This document shows positions 36,886 through 52,000 of a DNA stretch of 64,000 nucleotides, one piece after another. This DNA comes from an uncultured Candidatus Saccharibacteria bacterium (GTDB lineage: Bacteria; Patescibacteriota; Minisyncoccia; Phycocordibacterales; UBA918). The stretch is taken from NCBI GenBank assembly GCA_964502345.1, contig CAZCWH010000001.1:167-64166 (forward strand), read 5' to 3'. The notes under the pieces are model-generated. The model did not search any database. It was not told the DNA's origin and worked only from the letters and a program-made list of their open reading frames with translations. The first letter of the stretch is position 1. Every line of letters begins with the position of its first letter. The translations under genes and the position numbers were made by a program.

Positions 36886-37019
36886 TCCCCAATCGCATAG
36901 AACGTGACCAGAAAATAATGAGCGTAGCGATTATATTTTCTGAGTCCATCTTCATGAGCTTTTCCTATGCCTCATGAAGATGCCGTAATCAAACGCTCAA
37001 TAAAATATGGAAGTAGTAT

Positions 37020-40000
37020 CTAATCTCCAATTGCGTAAAACGTATTCGTCCCCTGGTGTGGATTCCCTGCAACTCCAAATGGAATTGCTATACCCCAGAA
37101 AAGTTGATCACTCACAGAAGGTGTCGTAGAAGTCGGCTTTGTGAGGTCAAGTTCATAATTCGTAGAACTTGCAGAAAGCTGGCTACAGAACGTACACGTG
37201 GTGTATGTAAATGTTGACGTTGCAAAGATTTGCTCATTAACAGGAATGAGTGAGGAATTACCATCAGTAAGGTCAGTTCCTGCTATCGCAATATCGAGAG
37301 CGTCATTTCCGATATTTTCAACCGTTGTTGTTGCATTATAAGAACCTGTGTCGTTATTAACTTCTAGAGCCCCATAGTTAATAGTGCTGTCTACTGTAAT
37401 TGCACGCAAAGTGAGTAGATCTATCGAAGGTGCTGTGCCTGTCGCAATAGCACCGCTTTGATCACTCACCGAAAGTTCTGCGCGCCATGTTTGACCAGCG
37501 TAGGTACCAACATCTGTTGGGTCTGCATGGTAATAGAAATCTGCCGAACACGTTACGTCACATGAACTTCCACTACAATTTTCAAACACGCACTGTGTTG
37601 GAGAAGCTATGTAGCAGTTATTTGGATCACTCGTACATGACGAGAGCACACTTGAGCGGAACATGGTAGTTGTTGCGAGATTCAAATCACCATACCCGTT
37701 GAGGTCCGAGACTGTCCCTGTTGCGTAAATTGTCGTTGTCGCACCAGGTGAAAGAGTGATGTCATTTCCACCATTAAGTGAGAGTGAGGTTACGACCGGT
37801 GTAAACACAAGACTCAATTCTGCAACCTTTGTGTATGCGTCGAGCTCTGCCCCTTCGTTTGTCACACGGAAACAATAGTTCGAATCACTCACGTTAATTG
37901 TGGGTGCGATTACATACTCAAGTTCTGTAAACTCACCTGAATCGACATCTAGGCTTCCTGTGTTATTGCTTGAATCTTCCACTACCTGTCCTGGTGTAAA
38001 CACACCCGAGCCTCCGAGGAGGTCAGTCGTACTTTCCAAGTCTGTAATATTGGAAGAAGACACCATACAAATATCACTCGTACCGCAACTTGCGACATTC
38101 GGAACCTCTACATAGTCATTGTAATCAACAGATTCACAGCTCGGTGCTGCACCCTTTGGTGCAAACTCAATCTCATAATTTTGCGCACTCACTGGAGTTC
38201 CGCTATTTTCTACGAGGAATCGAACGCGAGCAGTTTCCCCTATATCAATTCCAGAAGCAGGGGTATTACGAGCAGAAGTCCATGTTGCACCACCAGGAAC
38301 CTGTTCACCACCTAAGCTCGTAGTTGCAGCGGTTGCCATGAGCGGACGAGCTGAGTAAATATCCCATCCACCGTGGTATCCCCAAAGTGTAAATCCAACA
38401 CCTCCCGAGGTGTAGCTACTGTCCGTCGCACTGGTTGTTGCAACCACACTGCCATTTTTCGATAGCCGTACATATATTGAGTCATCGGTATCCCAATCAA
38501 CTTCAACTTCATACCAACCTGTACTGTACGTTACTGTTGTTGATGCAAGTACGGTACCACTCGTATCACGATGGGTTGCATTTTCAGAAATAGAGAGTCG
38601 ATCAACACCGAAAAGTTCGAGACATACCGCATAACTTGTCGCTCCTGTCTGAACACCAAAGTGGGTACATGATTCGTCCGCTGCTCCACTCACAGTATCA
38701 ATGTATTGGAGCCATCTAAGTGTCTGCCCTTGCGCTACCGTCACGCCAAGATTACGCATGTTCTGATCTGTCTTTGAATTGGTTTGATCAAACGCTTCAA
38801 GCCTATATGTTCGCTCATATGCGCTACTTCCCACCACACTAAAGTCTCCAGTGTCACCAGTGTACTCACTGATATTTCCATCTTCAAAGTTGTCCATGAA
38901 GTCAAACGTCGATGTTGCACTTCCATCACTCACCGTACCTTCCCCGTAGTACATGTATACAGTTGCTGTTGTTGACGTTGCAAGTGTTGGTACCTTGACC
39001 CACACAACAGCTTGTGTACTTGCAGTATATGATTCGGTGAAGTGTTCTACCGCAGTGAGCCCATCTTCTTCTGTAAATCTTAGATCATCAAAATCGGCCT
39101 GCATATCACTGTCATATGGCACGATGACCTTCACGGCGACGTCATGATAGGTTACTGGATCAGAATTTGTTACCGTGACACGCTTTCGCTTACTCCAGTC
39201 AAAGTCAAACCACTCTGAATTTGGTACGCCTTCCCCACCATCGTCGTTTCGGAATCGATACGCTGATTGCTCAATGAGTATACAGTTGCTATCGTCCCAT
39301 CGTATTGAACCACAGGCATCCCCACCATCAATATCGAATGCTTCACCATCAAAGTTTCCTGTATGTGACACAAATGTCCATGCACTCGGCGTAGAGCCAC
39401 TCAACTCTACGTTTGCTCCAGTGATAGCCGTTGTTGTTGCAAAGGCAACTCCAGTCACAAAGAGTCCTGCGTTGTAGTTGAGTGTTGTTGAGGAGAGCGT
39501 TATGAGTGAACCTCCATTTACCGCAAGCGTGAAGTTACCTTCGGTGAGTGAACTTACGGTCGTGAGACCACTTAATTTTAGTCCGTCAACATTCATATTT
39601 GCGAAGCTGTAGTAGAGTGCATTGAGTGTGCCTCCAAGAATATCAATCGCATAGGTACCGCTTCCTTGATTAGAAATAGTTGTATCAAATCCACTTGCTC
39701 CTACGATATTGAGTGATCCACCCTGAAGTGTCGTGGTTGCATTCGCCGCAATGTACACAAATACCTGTCTTGAACTTCCGCCAAGCGCGGTGCCATCGAA
39801 ATCAGTTGCATAGCTCCAGTAGTCAGCACCTGCGGTTCGCTCATAATCTCCATAGATGTAGAGGACACCACTTACACCTGCATGATCTTGTGAGTAAAAT
39901 GAACTTTCTGAATCAGTGATTGTAATCGTGCCCGTACTATCCCACGCACGAAGCTCCGTACTTGAACCAACGCGGATATTGTTGTAGGTATCTCCACCCG

Positions 40001-43000
40001 CACTCTTACTGTTAATTGTGTACGAACTGCCTGAATTGATAACGAGCGTACTACCCGTCCAAGTCGTTGGGGCACCACCTACAAGATTCGTAAAGACTCC
40101 ACCAACATATAGTCGTGTACTAGAGCTCTGCGTAAAGCTCGACGCTGAAGTTAGTGAGAAATTCCCTGTTGTTGTCGCATTAGCTGATATGGTCCATCCA
40201 CCACCGCCACTCGCAAGCGTCACATTGTGGAATAATGAATTGCCTGGATTAATAATTTCACCAGTATCACTCGAATTGAAGAGTATACTGCCTGATGCAT
40301 TATTGAATGAGCCTCCAGTATTTAGAAGTGATCCTCCAATAGACATGGTTCCAGTCGCCAAAGTCACTGCACCACTCTGGATAGTTAAACTACCAAGCAA
40401 AGCAACATTTGTATTAGTGAATGTATATGCCCCTCCTCCGGCAAAGGTTGTGCTGTAGAGATCGGAGGTACTTGCGGTCACAACGACTGCACCTGCACTA
40501 GTGAATCGGAGTTCCCCACTGCCGTGCACAAAGACATCACTATTTATAAAGTTACCGCCTATCGTCAAGGTACCCGTTGCACTGGTGAATGATCCATCAA
40601 CGATTCGTACATCTCCCGTCGTAGTTGCATACCCTCCTTGGAGTGAGAAACTACCCACCCCATTCACGACGAGGGTACCGAAACTGGAACTACGTGGGCG
40701 AATAGTCTCAGCACTTCCTGAGTTAAAGACCATTGTTCCACCGCTCGAGGTGAATGAGCCTCCGGTGACACTCAATGAACCTGTGACTGTCGTCGTCGCA
40801 GATGGAAGTGTTACAGTACCCTGTGCAACAGTAAAATCATTACCAATATCAAACGTGGTATTGGTAACAGTCCAGCTACCTGATCCGTTAAATGTGGCAT
40901 CATACAAACTACTCGAATTAGTATCGACGGTCCGTCCTGCTCCTGATGTTGTAAATACAAATGTAGAGGTCTCATCATCGATACTTGCTCCAGTGCCACT
41001 AATGAGGCTTCCTCCAATTGAGTGTGTCTCACTACCCGTCGCATCAAATACTGCATTTGTATACAATTCAAGCGTTCCATCGTATGCACTGCCACCCCCA
41101 CCACCCGTTACCGTGATGTTTCCGTTTGGTTCAAACTCTTTCCCTGTCCATACAATAAGCTTACGATTTGCAGGTAGGGTAAGTGTGTCCGGAGTACCAT
41201 CGACAGCAGTAAATGGAATATCAGCGTCATCACTTGAGTCCCAAAGTGACATATCAACAATTGAGAGTGGGTCGCTACTCTCATGACGAACAATCACACG
41301 ATTTTCATAGAGATCGAGACCAGTTATGTTTGAAACTGGGTCTTCAGTAACAGTTGCTGCCTTTTCAGTCTCACCATCAATATATACAACGAGTGAATCA
41401 TTCGGACTATAGAGCACTCCTGGAATTGAATAAAGGCCTGAACCATTACATGAGCCAGTATATGACGTAAGACCACCAACACGCAGATGAATGCTTTGAG
41501 TCGAACCATCACACACAGACACACCCATTGGAGTAGTACCCTCATCGCTATATACCGTTCCCGAAACAGTAATACTTGACGACGAATTATCCCATACGAT
41601 ATAACCTGGGTTACCATCTGGATCCACATCAAAATCTTCACCATCAATTGATCCTGCATGATTCGTAAATCTCCACGAACTAGCCGTAGTACCTGTTGCA
41701 GTGACGTTATACGCAGGAGTAATTCCTGTTGAAGTTGCAAAGTAATTATTTGTGAATGTTTTTGCAGGATTTTGTGTAATGACAGTCCCCCCTACGGTCA
41801 TTGCTGTACCGCTATTTTGAGAAACAGTGATGTCACCATACGCGAGTGTTACCACATTCGGTGTACCGCTCAAGGTAAGTCCAGATGCATCCATATCTTG
41901 CATGTCGTAATACGACCATGTTGTTGATGCGCTACCACCAATACGGAATGAGTACGTACCACTTCCCTGATTCTGAATTGTTGTAGAAGCGCTGTCTAAA
42001 CCGAGTACAGAAAGTCCTCCACCCGTATAAAGAACGCTACCACCACCTCGAATGTATACGTCGACGTTACGTGGTGTACCGCTGATATTTGTGCCATCAA
42101 AGTCTGTTGTATAGCTCCAGTAGTCAGTACCAGATGTTTTGCTGTATGCACCATATATATACAAGTCTCCATTCACTCCCCCATGATCTTGTGAGTACAG
42201 TGAACCATTTGCATGTGTATCATATGTACCCGCAGTACTATTCCACATACGTATTTGTGTCCCACTGCCGACACTCAGTTTCTCATAGGTGTCACTCGTC
42301 GTAGAGGCATTTATAGAGTAGCTTCCACTTCCATAGAAATGGAGCACGGAACTAGTCCATGTGGTGACTCCACCACCTTGTCCGTTCGTAAAGAGACCAC
42401 CCACCGCGAGTGATTGACCGCTTGCGAGCGTAAATGATCCTGCATTGGTGAGCGAAAATGCACCTGTCGTTGTTGCCGGTTCGGATACCGTAAATGCTCC
42501 CGAGCCATTAATCGTGAGATTCGCAAAAGGTGAGTTACCTGCAGCGATTGATGGAGTACCTGCACCATCAAAGGTAACTGTTCCACTACTTCCAGTATAA
42601 GTACCATTATTATCCCAACTGCCAGCAACAGTGAAGTTTGCACTTGCACTTCCTATGAGCGTTCCTGTGGAATCAATGGTGATGTTTCCATTTACATCAA
42701 ACGCCGGATCACTTGTATCCAGTGTAAACGTTGTTGCATTAGGACCTCCCACAGTGAGATTGTTGCTCACAATAATACCAAGACCTGTTCCGGTATATGT
42801 TGGTGAGCTTCCCTGTGCCTTCAAGTCGAGATTATAGTAAGTCGTTGAAATAACATTGGTTGCGCCAGCACCGCTATATCGCACCGTACTTGTATCCTCA
42901 AGGAAAGTACCGCTCTCAACAAATACATTTCCTGTTCCAGAAAGATTCCAGAGCGAACTTCCTGCATCAAGGTAATGTGCAGTATTTATTGTGAGTTTTC

Positions 43001-46000
43001 CGAGAATCGTAGTTGTTGCGTTACTTCCAGGTGTTGTGGTCCCAATGATACTTCCGTTACCAAGGACGAGGTTTGCGAGAGTCCATGCAGTTGTACCTCC
43101 AAGCGTATTTGTTTGGTAGATTGTTGTTGTACCACTTCCCATTGAGAGGACTCCATTTCCAGAAAGTGAGCCATTTACCACCGTGATATCAGCCGTTCCT
43201 GTGACCGTACCAAGCGTTACATCAATGTCCTGTAATGCTCTAATATCACCATTAATATTCCATCCACCACCAAGACCATTGAACTCAATTGTATTAAATG
43301 TAATCTCCTGAGTTCCAGTAGTGGTGATAGTCTTCCCCGTAGTCGTTGCATTCATAATGACCGTCGTTGAAGCACTCGCGAATGTTGCACCATCATCCAT
43401 AGTGAAACTTCCTCCAATTGTGTATGTAGATGAGGCAGATCCTGTAAAGATTGCATTATTGTCAATATGCAAAGATCCATCAAACGCGGTGGACGAGGCA
43501 TTCCCGTTAATGGTGATATTACCGTCTGGTGCAAACGTACTGCTCGAAGCAATGTGGAGCTCAGTATTAGCGAGCACGGTAAGTGTGCCTGTCGCGGCAA
43601 CAAACGAGATGTCACTATCGTTATCATTGTCATATGCTGACATCTTTAGAATGGTCATTGGCTCCGTATCCTCATGACGCGTAATAACTCTATTCTGATA
43701 GATATCAAGATCAGTGATATCTGAAATTGGTGTACGTGTTACTACTGTCCCCTTTGCACCACCGTTTGTATTGAGGTACACAGTTACCACCGGATCCCCC
43801 ACAACAACGACACCAGGAATACTAAATGAACCGTTTGCTGAGGCACAGGTACCTGTATACGAACTTCCACCTTGCACGACGATACGAATATTTGCTGTCA
43901 CATCATCACACACTGGATTTCCCATTCGGGTAACCCCGTCATCACTGTAGACGACACCAGAAACAGTAATGACAAGTGAGCTATCGTCCCATCTGACTGA
44001 ACCTGGGTCACCAGTATCATTATCAAATGCTTCACCATCAATATTTCCTGTTGAGTCTCGGAACCACCAGTACGATGTCGGTGTACCATCTGTCTGCGTT
44101 ACATTGGTCGCTGAAATTGCGGTCGTTGTTGAGAAATTGACTCGATATATTTGGAACCCTGGATTTGCGTTGATTGATGAGGAGGCAACAGTAAATCCAG
44201 TTCCTGCAGATATTCCTGGTTTTACAAAACCATCGTTCAGTGAAGATATGGTGCCTGCTCCTCTAAAAGTTACCCCTGCTGTCCCAAGATTACTAAATTC
44301 ATAATTATTGAATGTCGTCGCCGTTGAAGAAGCGATTACAACATACGTACCGCTTCCTTGATTAGCAACTGTTGTCGTAGCTGTCGAAGATCCAATCATT
44401 GAGAAAGTACTTCCAGAGAGTGTCGCACTCGTTCCTGAAGCAAGTCGTACATCAACTTGGCGTGAACTTCCACCAAGCGCTGTGCCATCAAAATCAGTTG
44501 CATAGCTCCAATGCTCAGTACCGGACGTTCGTGTATAGTCACCAAAAATATAGAGATCCCCGTCTACTGCAGAGTGATCCTGTGAGTAAATTGATGCTGT
44601 ATCGAGTGTTGAATATGTGTTTGCACTTGAATTCCACATGGAGATGTCAGTATCACCAACAACGAGAAGCGTGCCGTACACATCTCCCGCGTGACTCTTA
44701 CTATTAAGGGCACTGTCTCCACCAGTGAGTCGAAGCGTTGATCCTGTCCATGTTGTATTGCTGCCATTTGCTGCATGTGTAAATGTTCCACTTGCAGTAA
44801 GTGTCAGACCACTATTGAGCGTAAACTGGGACACATTGGTCAAAGACACTGCTACTGTTCCTGTTGCAGACTCGGTGACGGTGAAGTCTCCGGACGCACT
44901 ATTAAAATCAAGAGTTGAAAATGCTGAAGTACCAGCTGCAATAGTTTCACTGCCTCCAGAAGAATTGAATCTGACAGTGCCCCCATTTGCATCAAATATT
45001 GCATTATTGTCAAACGAACCACCTATCGACAGCACCCCTGTTGGGAATACAGCATCTCCACCGAGCTCAGAAATATAGTTTCCGAGAATCGTAGTATTCG
45101 TATCGCTAAATCTGCGTGAGCGAGAGCTCTCTTCTCCGCCAGCGGTGTAAAACGATGTCGAGGTTGCCATGTTGCGGTATTCTGCATCACGCCATGCATC
45201 AGCTCGAGTAGTTGTTGATACGCGCACCTCGTCAATTCGACCATCAAATGAAATAGGTGGTACACGATTCGGTCGAAGCCCAGATATGGTGAAGTTTGCA
45301 GTTGGGTCTGAATTGCCGGCTGTAAAACTACCGCGAGCAACACCGTTTACGCGGGTCGTGACAGTACTATTTCTCACTGCATTAATTGAGACATGGTACC
45401 AATTTCCTGCAACTAGATCAGCACCAGTTGTCACATTACACGTCGTCACGGTAGTAAATGCACGCACGCACACTTCATCAGGAGCCGGTGTGCCACCAAC
45501 TGATGTCCAGTCATAAACTCCCGCTGTTGAAACTCCGTACAAACTATACCCATAGGTATTAGTCTCCTGAGGTGCAGCTCCTGCGAGCGTATCAGGATTA
45601 AACCACATTGATACGTTGTACTGCGTCTGCCCATTGAGGAAGCTGCCTGTGTATTGAATCGGTGTTGTATCAAAGGATTGTGCTTTCTTTACACGCCCAG
45701 TTGAAACCTCGAGCGGGTTGTTCGAAACGGGGCTACCCGCTGTGTCTGTCTTAACACCAGTGATTGTACGAACACTATTCTGTACCACGCTCGTCGTGAG
45801 ATCATTCATGTGACTGACGAGTGTATAGCCATTACTCCATACACTTCGTGCTCCATATGGAGAAGTTGATGCGTAGGCACTCGCACCACTGTTACCATAG
45901 TAGATATAGAATGTCGTATCAGTCGTTGAAGAGACTGAAGTCGCTCTAAAGTAGAGTTCACCATCAGTGCCACTCGTGTCAATTGATACGAGTTCGATTG

Positions 46001-49000
46001 GTACTTCAGTCACTCCGTCACTCTCCGTGACACGGATATCACTACCATCGGTCTTTACGGTACTGAAGAATGCGGATGAGAGGTCGTCGAGATTGACGTA
46101 GACTGGGAAATTCGTGAGTCCTGCATCTATTTGGGAGGCTTGGATGGTGATCGGAATACGTCGAGTCCAAGAATCATTGTACCAAGAGGTCGCGATACCG
46201 CCTCGCGTACGTACATTATTAAATGAAGAACCATTTGTACTCACTGTCTTAGAGTTTTGTACAACAAAGATTACTTCGCCCGAATTATGTGTGAAGGCAC
46301 CAGTACCAGTGGTAGTAAAATCACCACTTACCGTAAGCGTACCTGATGGGAGTGTCACGGTACCAGCCTGGATACGGAATGTGTTGGATGTTGTTGCATT
46401 ACTTTCTGTAAATGCCCATGAACCAGAACCAGTGAAGACGAGATTATAAAAAGCATTAAGGAATGTTCCGCCACTCTGCGTAATCGAACGACCACCAGCA
46501 GTACTACTCATGACGACTGTCCCGTTATTGTGAGCAAACACACCCCCTGTATTAAGGAAGGATCCTGCGACTGTTGTCGTTGCTGTTGGTAACGTTACCG
46601 TCCCTGTTGCAATCGTGAGATGGTTACTTACCGTGAGTGTTGGAGCAGTGAATGACCATGAACCACCAACCCCAGAGAAGGTTAAGTTATAGAATGCACT
46701 CGAGCCGGTCGTAATGATTCTGTTCGTTGTTGTTGCAATGAAGGAAACAGTTCCAGTTCGAGCAGTAAAGGTATTATTGTTGATCCAATCTTCGTATACG
46801 GAAGCACTGAATCCTGTGATTGAAGCATCAAAGGCATCGTTTGCTCCAATAGTCATTGATTGCATGGTCACATTACTTCCCAGGACAAGTGTCTTTGTCG
46901 TACCATCAACAAGCACACGTCCAACATTTTGTTTAACAGCATTATTATCTGTCCATGTCGATGGGTTAATTCCATCAAATGTAGTCGTCCCCATACCGGT
47001 CCAATAACCACTTGCACCTATCGTGAGGTTGCCAGCGACGAAAATAGATGTGGTTCCTCGAGCAAGTGTTCCAAACGACACTCCTAAGTTACCATCCACA
47101 TCAAGTGTCGAAAGCGTATTCCATGTTGCTGTTCCACTCGTCTCACCAAAGGTTACGTTATTGAATCCACTAGTCACTGATCCAGTCTCATCTATTGATT
47201 CAGTTGATGAGGTGGCAGTGAATATGACCGTCGAGCCAGTCATGGTCGTTGTCGCATTATTGTCCCATGAACCACTCACTCGAATACTGTTACTACCTGC
47301 AGTAAAGGTGCCATAATTCCTAAGATCATGTGTAGTGACATCAGCTCCAGTTCCTGGTGCATACGTATTTCGTGTAAGTACAACAATACTTGCATCAGTA
47401 CAACCAGTATCAGCACACATAGTGAGATCATTCCCTGCATTCACATCAAAGAAGAGATCTTCATCATTCGTGTAATCGTACATACCAATCTGTGTATTCG
47501 TAGCAGTCACAAAGTCATTTGAACCAATGGTGAGATGACGTTTTTGAAGACGCATACCTGTCACGTCAGGCGTACCATCAAATACGGTGACCCCTACAGC
47601 TTCATCCACGTCATTCGCCCCACTTATAAATGTAGTAATTACATCCCCACTGAAGAGTGGGATATTCTCAATCTCCCATGTGCCGTCTCCAAGAATTGCA
47701 CCCGTCGCGCCAGACTGAAGTACTCCATTTACTGCTACTGCAACAGTACCCGCTGTGGTAGATGATACCCCGTCATACTCAAGCGCAGTACCCGATACCG
47801 TGAAGCCAGCTATCCATGTGACTGTCCAATCATCAAGTGTTGGACAATTTGCTCCACTACAATTGAGATTTCCAACAATCCGTATCTGGTTGTATGTTGT
47901 TGTATTAAGCGCTTCTAGATCAATAGGTGATGTGGTAAATCCTGTTGAATTCCCCGGAAGTGCACTATCAGGAATGAGTCCCCATACGCCAAGTCCATTA
48001 AGGAACTCGATCTGATATCGCACTTCACTTCCGCCTGGCTCAGAATCTCGCCATGACAATTCTCCCCACCCTGGTCCACTACCATCATCAAAATCTATAG
48101 TATCTGATTTAATACTACCCGAACTCAATACTGCTGGATTAACTGCGAATTGGAATCCTGTTGCACTATCGGCGACGCTCAAGCCAACAGTTGCTGCTCC
48201 TGTTCCTCCGGCACTTGCCACCAATTGAGTTCCCCATACTCCAGACGCATTAGCAGTTCCGCCTCCTGCCTGTATTTCATCACTCTCAGTCCAGCCTGTT
48301 CCTGAAACAGTGAATGGGTATACATCTCCACCGTCTCCACTTAAGAGATAGAATGCCAACGACTGGTCTTCTGTCGTCGTAATACCAGTAACTGCATGAC
48401 TGGCAGCACTTCCTCCATTATAGTCAGCACCAATAACATTTATAGGATCCGTGGTACTTGCTCCGGTTACTCTAATGTAGAATCCCCAGAAATCATCCGA
48501 TGATTGTGCGGGAACATTAATTGTTGTCCCCTCTGAACCATTTGCAACACGATAGAATGCTGCTGCATGAGCATCTGATACAGTGTCATTTCCTGATTCA
48601 TTAATGAGTGTGAACCCAGACGGCTTGAGTGTCGTATCATTCCACTGCGCTGTTGCAGAGTTATCATCACTTCCTACCAAAATAAGGAGGAGGTCACCTG
48701 AGACCACTCCGGATGGCTTCGTGAGTGTAAGCGAACTGCCAGGAATTGCTGTATTTGATGTCCAGCCACTTTCAACCACAATCCCTCCACCGATTCCTAC
48801 ACTATTTGTCGCTGCATCAACTCCTGAGAGTGTACCCTTATCAAACTGAAGTCCAAGAGTTTGGAACCAAGTTGACACTTGCACTGGTTCACCTGACGTT
48901 GCAGTCGTAAAACTCCATGGCTCTGACCATGTTGAAAAATTATCGCTTCCGCTTGGATCTTTAGCGCGAGCACGCCACCAGTACGTTGTACTTGCAGAAA

Positions 49001-52000
49001 GTGCGTCTCCTGGTTGAATTTTATACGAAATCGTGTCCCCTGAATCAAATGGGTTTGTGTCCCCACCATTAACAAGATTCACGAATCCTGTTGGTGAAGT
49101 GCTTGAGTTTCTTGTAGTGCTTCCCGTAGCGAAATTGTAATCTGTTGACCACGATACTTCGTACTCAATGTCGTCATTCTCTGGGTCAGAAGAAGAGAAG
49201 CCGAACGTTGGAGATGTTGTTGCAAATTTTTCATTATCAAATGGAGCACTGAGCGTTGGTACTTCTATACTTTCTGCCCATGCAAGTGTCCAATCAAGAA
49301 GTGTTGGCGCTCCAGTTCTAAAGTTTGCTCGAATGCGTATGACGTCGTACAGTGTGACATCAAGCCCACTAAGGTCAACGGGTGATGAGTCGTATCCAGC
49401 CGCATTTCCAGAGAGCGCACTGTCTGGAATCAAGAACCAGTCCCCATCATTTTCGTATTCAATATGGTAGAGAATATCATTTGCAGAACCTGTCTCGTTA
49501 AATGAAAGCTCCCCCCACACATTACCAATTGTTGCGTCGCTAAAATCAATCGCTGTTGATGTAGTCGTCGCGACCGTAGATCCACTTGCAAAAGCGACGA
49601 GATCGCTCGCAGTTGCTTCAGTACCATCATGAGTGTTTGTTTCAAACTGCTCCTCAGTTGTTTGGTACCACGTAGAGACAGTGAGTGATGTGTCTACTGT
49701 AAAACTCTGTGGAGTAGACCAGTCTCCATATGCAGCAGATCCACTCGCATCCTTAGAACGCACTCGCCACCAATACGTGACCCCATTGCTGAGTGACGAC
49801 GGAATTGTGTAACGCATTCTTGCATAATTATTAAACGGTGTTTTGTCTGAAGGAGTAGCAATGTTAAGGAAATCATCCAAATTAGTCTCTGAATCAGTAT
49901 CTATCACTGTGGAACTGAAAGCATAGTCATTATCAATCTGAATCTGATAATCAACTTCATCACCATTTTCATCGTAGCCAATAAACTCAAACCATGGTGA
50001 TGTGCTTGCAAGCTTTTCATTATCAAATGGCGCAAACATGTCTTCGATCAGTGGAGAAGCGTTTGTTACAAGTGTCGGAAACTGGGTGTAGGTATCAAGT
50101 TCTGTCCCGTCTGCATTAACCATTCTGAAACAGTACTGTGCTCCCGGTGTTGCATCATTATTTTGTAAAGCAAAATCCCACTCGGCAGCTTCACCAACAT
50201 TAATAGCATTTGGATTGGGTACTGTTGGATTTCCTTCCTCATAGGTTTCGAGTACATCTGAGTCAGTGAGCAATAGTGAGGTGAGCTCATACCCATCAGC
50301 GCTTCCACCCATCGATTCATCCGAAACGGTATAGAAATCCGTAGAGGTCGCCATATTGCGATACTCAGCGTCTCGCCATGCATCAGCTCGAGTCGTTGTC
50401 GATACACGGACCTCATCAATTCGTCCATCAAAACCGATGTTTCGTTGGGGTGTACCACGTAGATCACCGATAGTGAAGTTTGCACCCACGTTGTTCTCAC
50501 TACCATTAATATACGATAGTCGCTGTACTCCATTGACTCGAACAGTAGTGGTACCTCCGTCAATTGCATTCACCGATGTGTGGTACCAGTTACCTGTAGC
50601 TAGCCCTGCGCCACTTGTTGGCACACATGTGGTGGCTGTATCTTCATACGCACAGAGACGTAGCTCAGTGAGATTACCTGTACCCCCTGCAGTAAGCCAT
50701 TGATATGGTGCGGCTGTTGGTGAAATACCGTAGAGTGACAATCCATAGGTGCCCAAGTCTCCACCCCCGGTGAGTGCATCGGGATTAAACCAGAGTGAGA
50801 CAGCGTATTGGGTTGCATTTGTGAGCATGGTACCGGTGTACTGTATGAGATCAAGGCTAAAGTCTTGAGCCTCTGAAACAGGACCTGTACTTACTTCTGC
50901 AGGATTTCCAGCACTCGTCTTTACTCCATTGAGCGTCCCGGCACTATTCTCGACGACACTCGTCGTGAGATCATTCATATGGCTCACGAGAATGTATCCA
51001 TTACTCCATACACTTCGTGCTCCATATGGAGAAGTTGATGCGTAGGCACTCGCACCACTGTTACCATAGTAGATATAGAATGTCGTATCAGTCGTTGAAG
51101 AGACTGAAGTCGCTCTAAAGTAGAGTTCACCATCAGTGCCACTCGTGTCAATTGATACGAGTTCGATTGGTACTTCAGTCACTCCGTCACTCTCCGTGAC
51201 ACGGATATCACTACCATCGGTCTTTACGGTACTGAAGAATGCGGATGAGAGGTCGTCGAGATTGACGTAGACTGGGAAATTCGTGAGTCCTGCATCTATT
51301 TGGGAGGCTTGGATGGTGATGCGAGTCCTACTACTCCAATTTTCGTCGTACCAATCATCCATCGCAATACCATTTTCATATCCGCGCCAGAGCGCTGTAG
51401 TACTTGCAGCATCACCCACGTCGTACCATGTGAGATCAACGCTACATGTATCCCCTTCAGCATACTGTAAATTGAAGAGCTCAGAATCTGCACTTGCATT
51501 TGTACTCGAACCAACAAGTGACATGCGAAGCCGGAGTACATCAGCATTGAGTACTGCACTCGATGAGTCAATCGCTTCATTTTCATTTAGATCTACGCCT
51601 CCAACCGGCCATATGTCCGTTGGTGTGGTTGAAGCAGCATTTACATACCATTGGTAATCTTGCTGTACAAATTGGGGCGAGAGCACCCAACTCACGGTCC
51701 AATCTTCTAGTATTGGCGAGGTACTCGCACTGTCTTGCTGTAACTCCATCTGAAGACAAATACGATTGTAAGTCGTTGTAGATAGTGTTGAGATATCAAG
51801 TGGGCTCGTATCACTGGTAAAGCCTGTACTGTTTCCAGGAAGCGCTCCGTCAGTGATGATGGTGTCGCACACAGTAGTACTCGAGTAATACAAGCGCATG
51901 CGCGTCTCAGAACCTGCTGGCTCAGTGACGCTCCAACTCACCTCTCCCCATGTGCTTTGATTTGGCACTGAATCATGATCAACTTCAGTTGACATTATGG

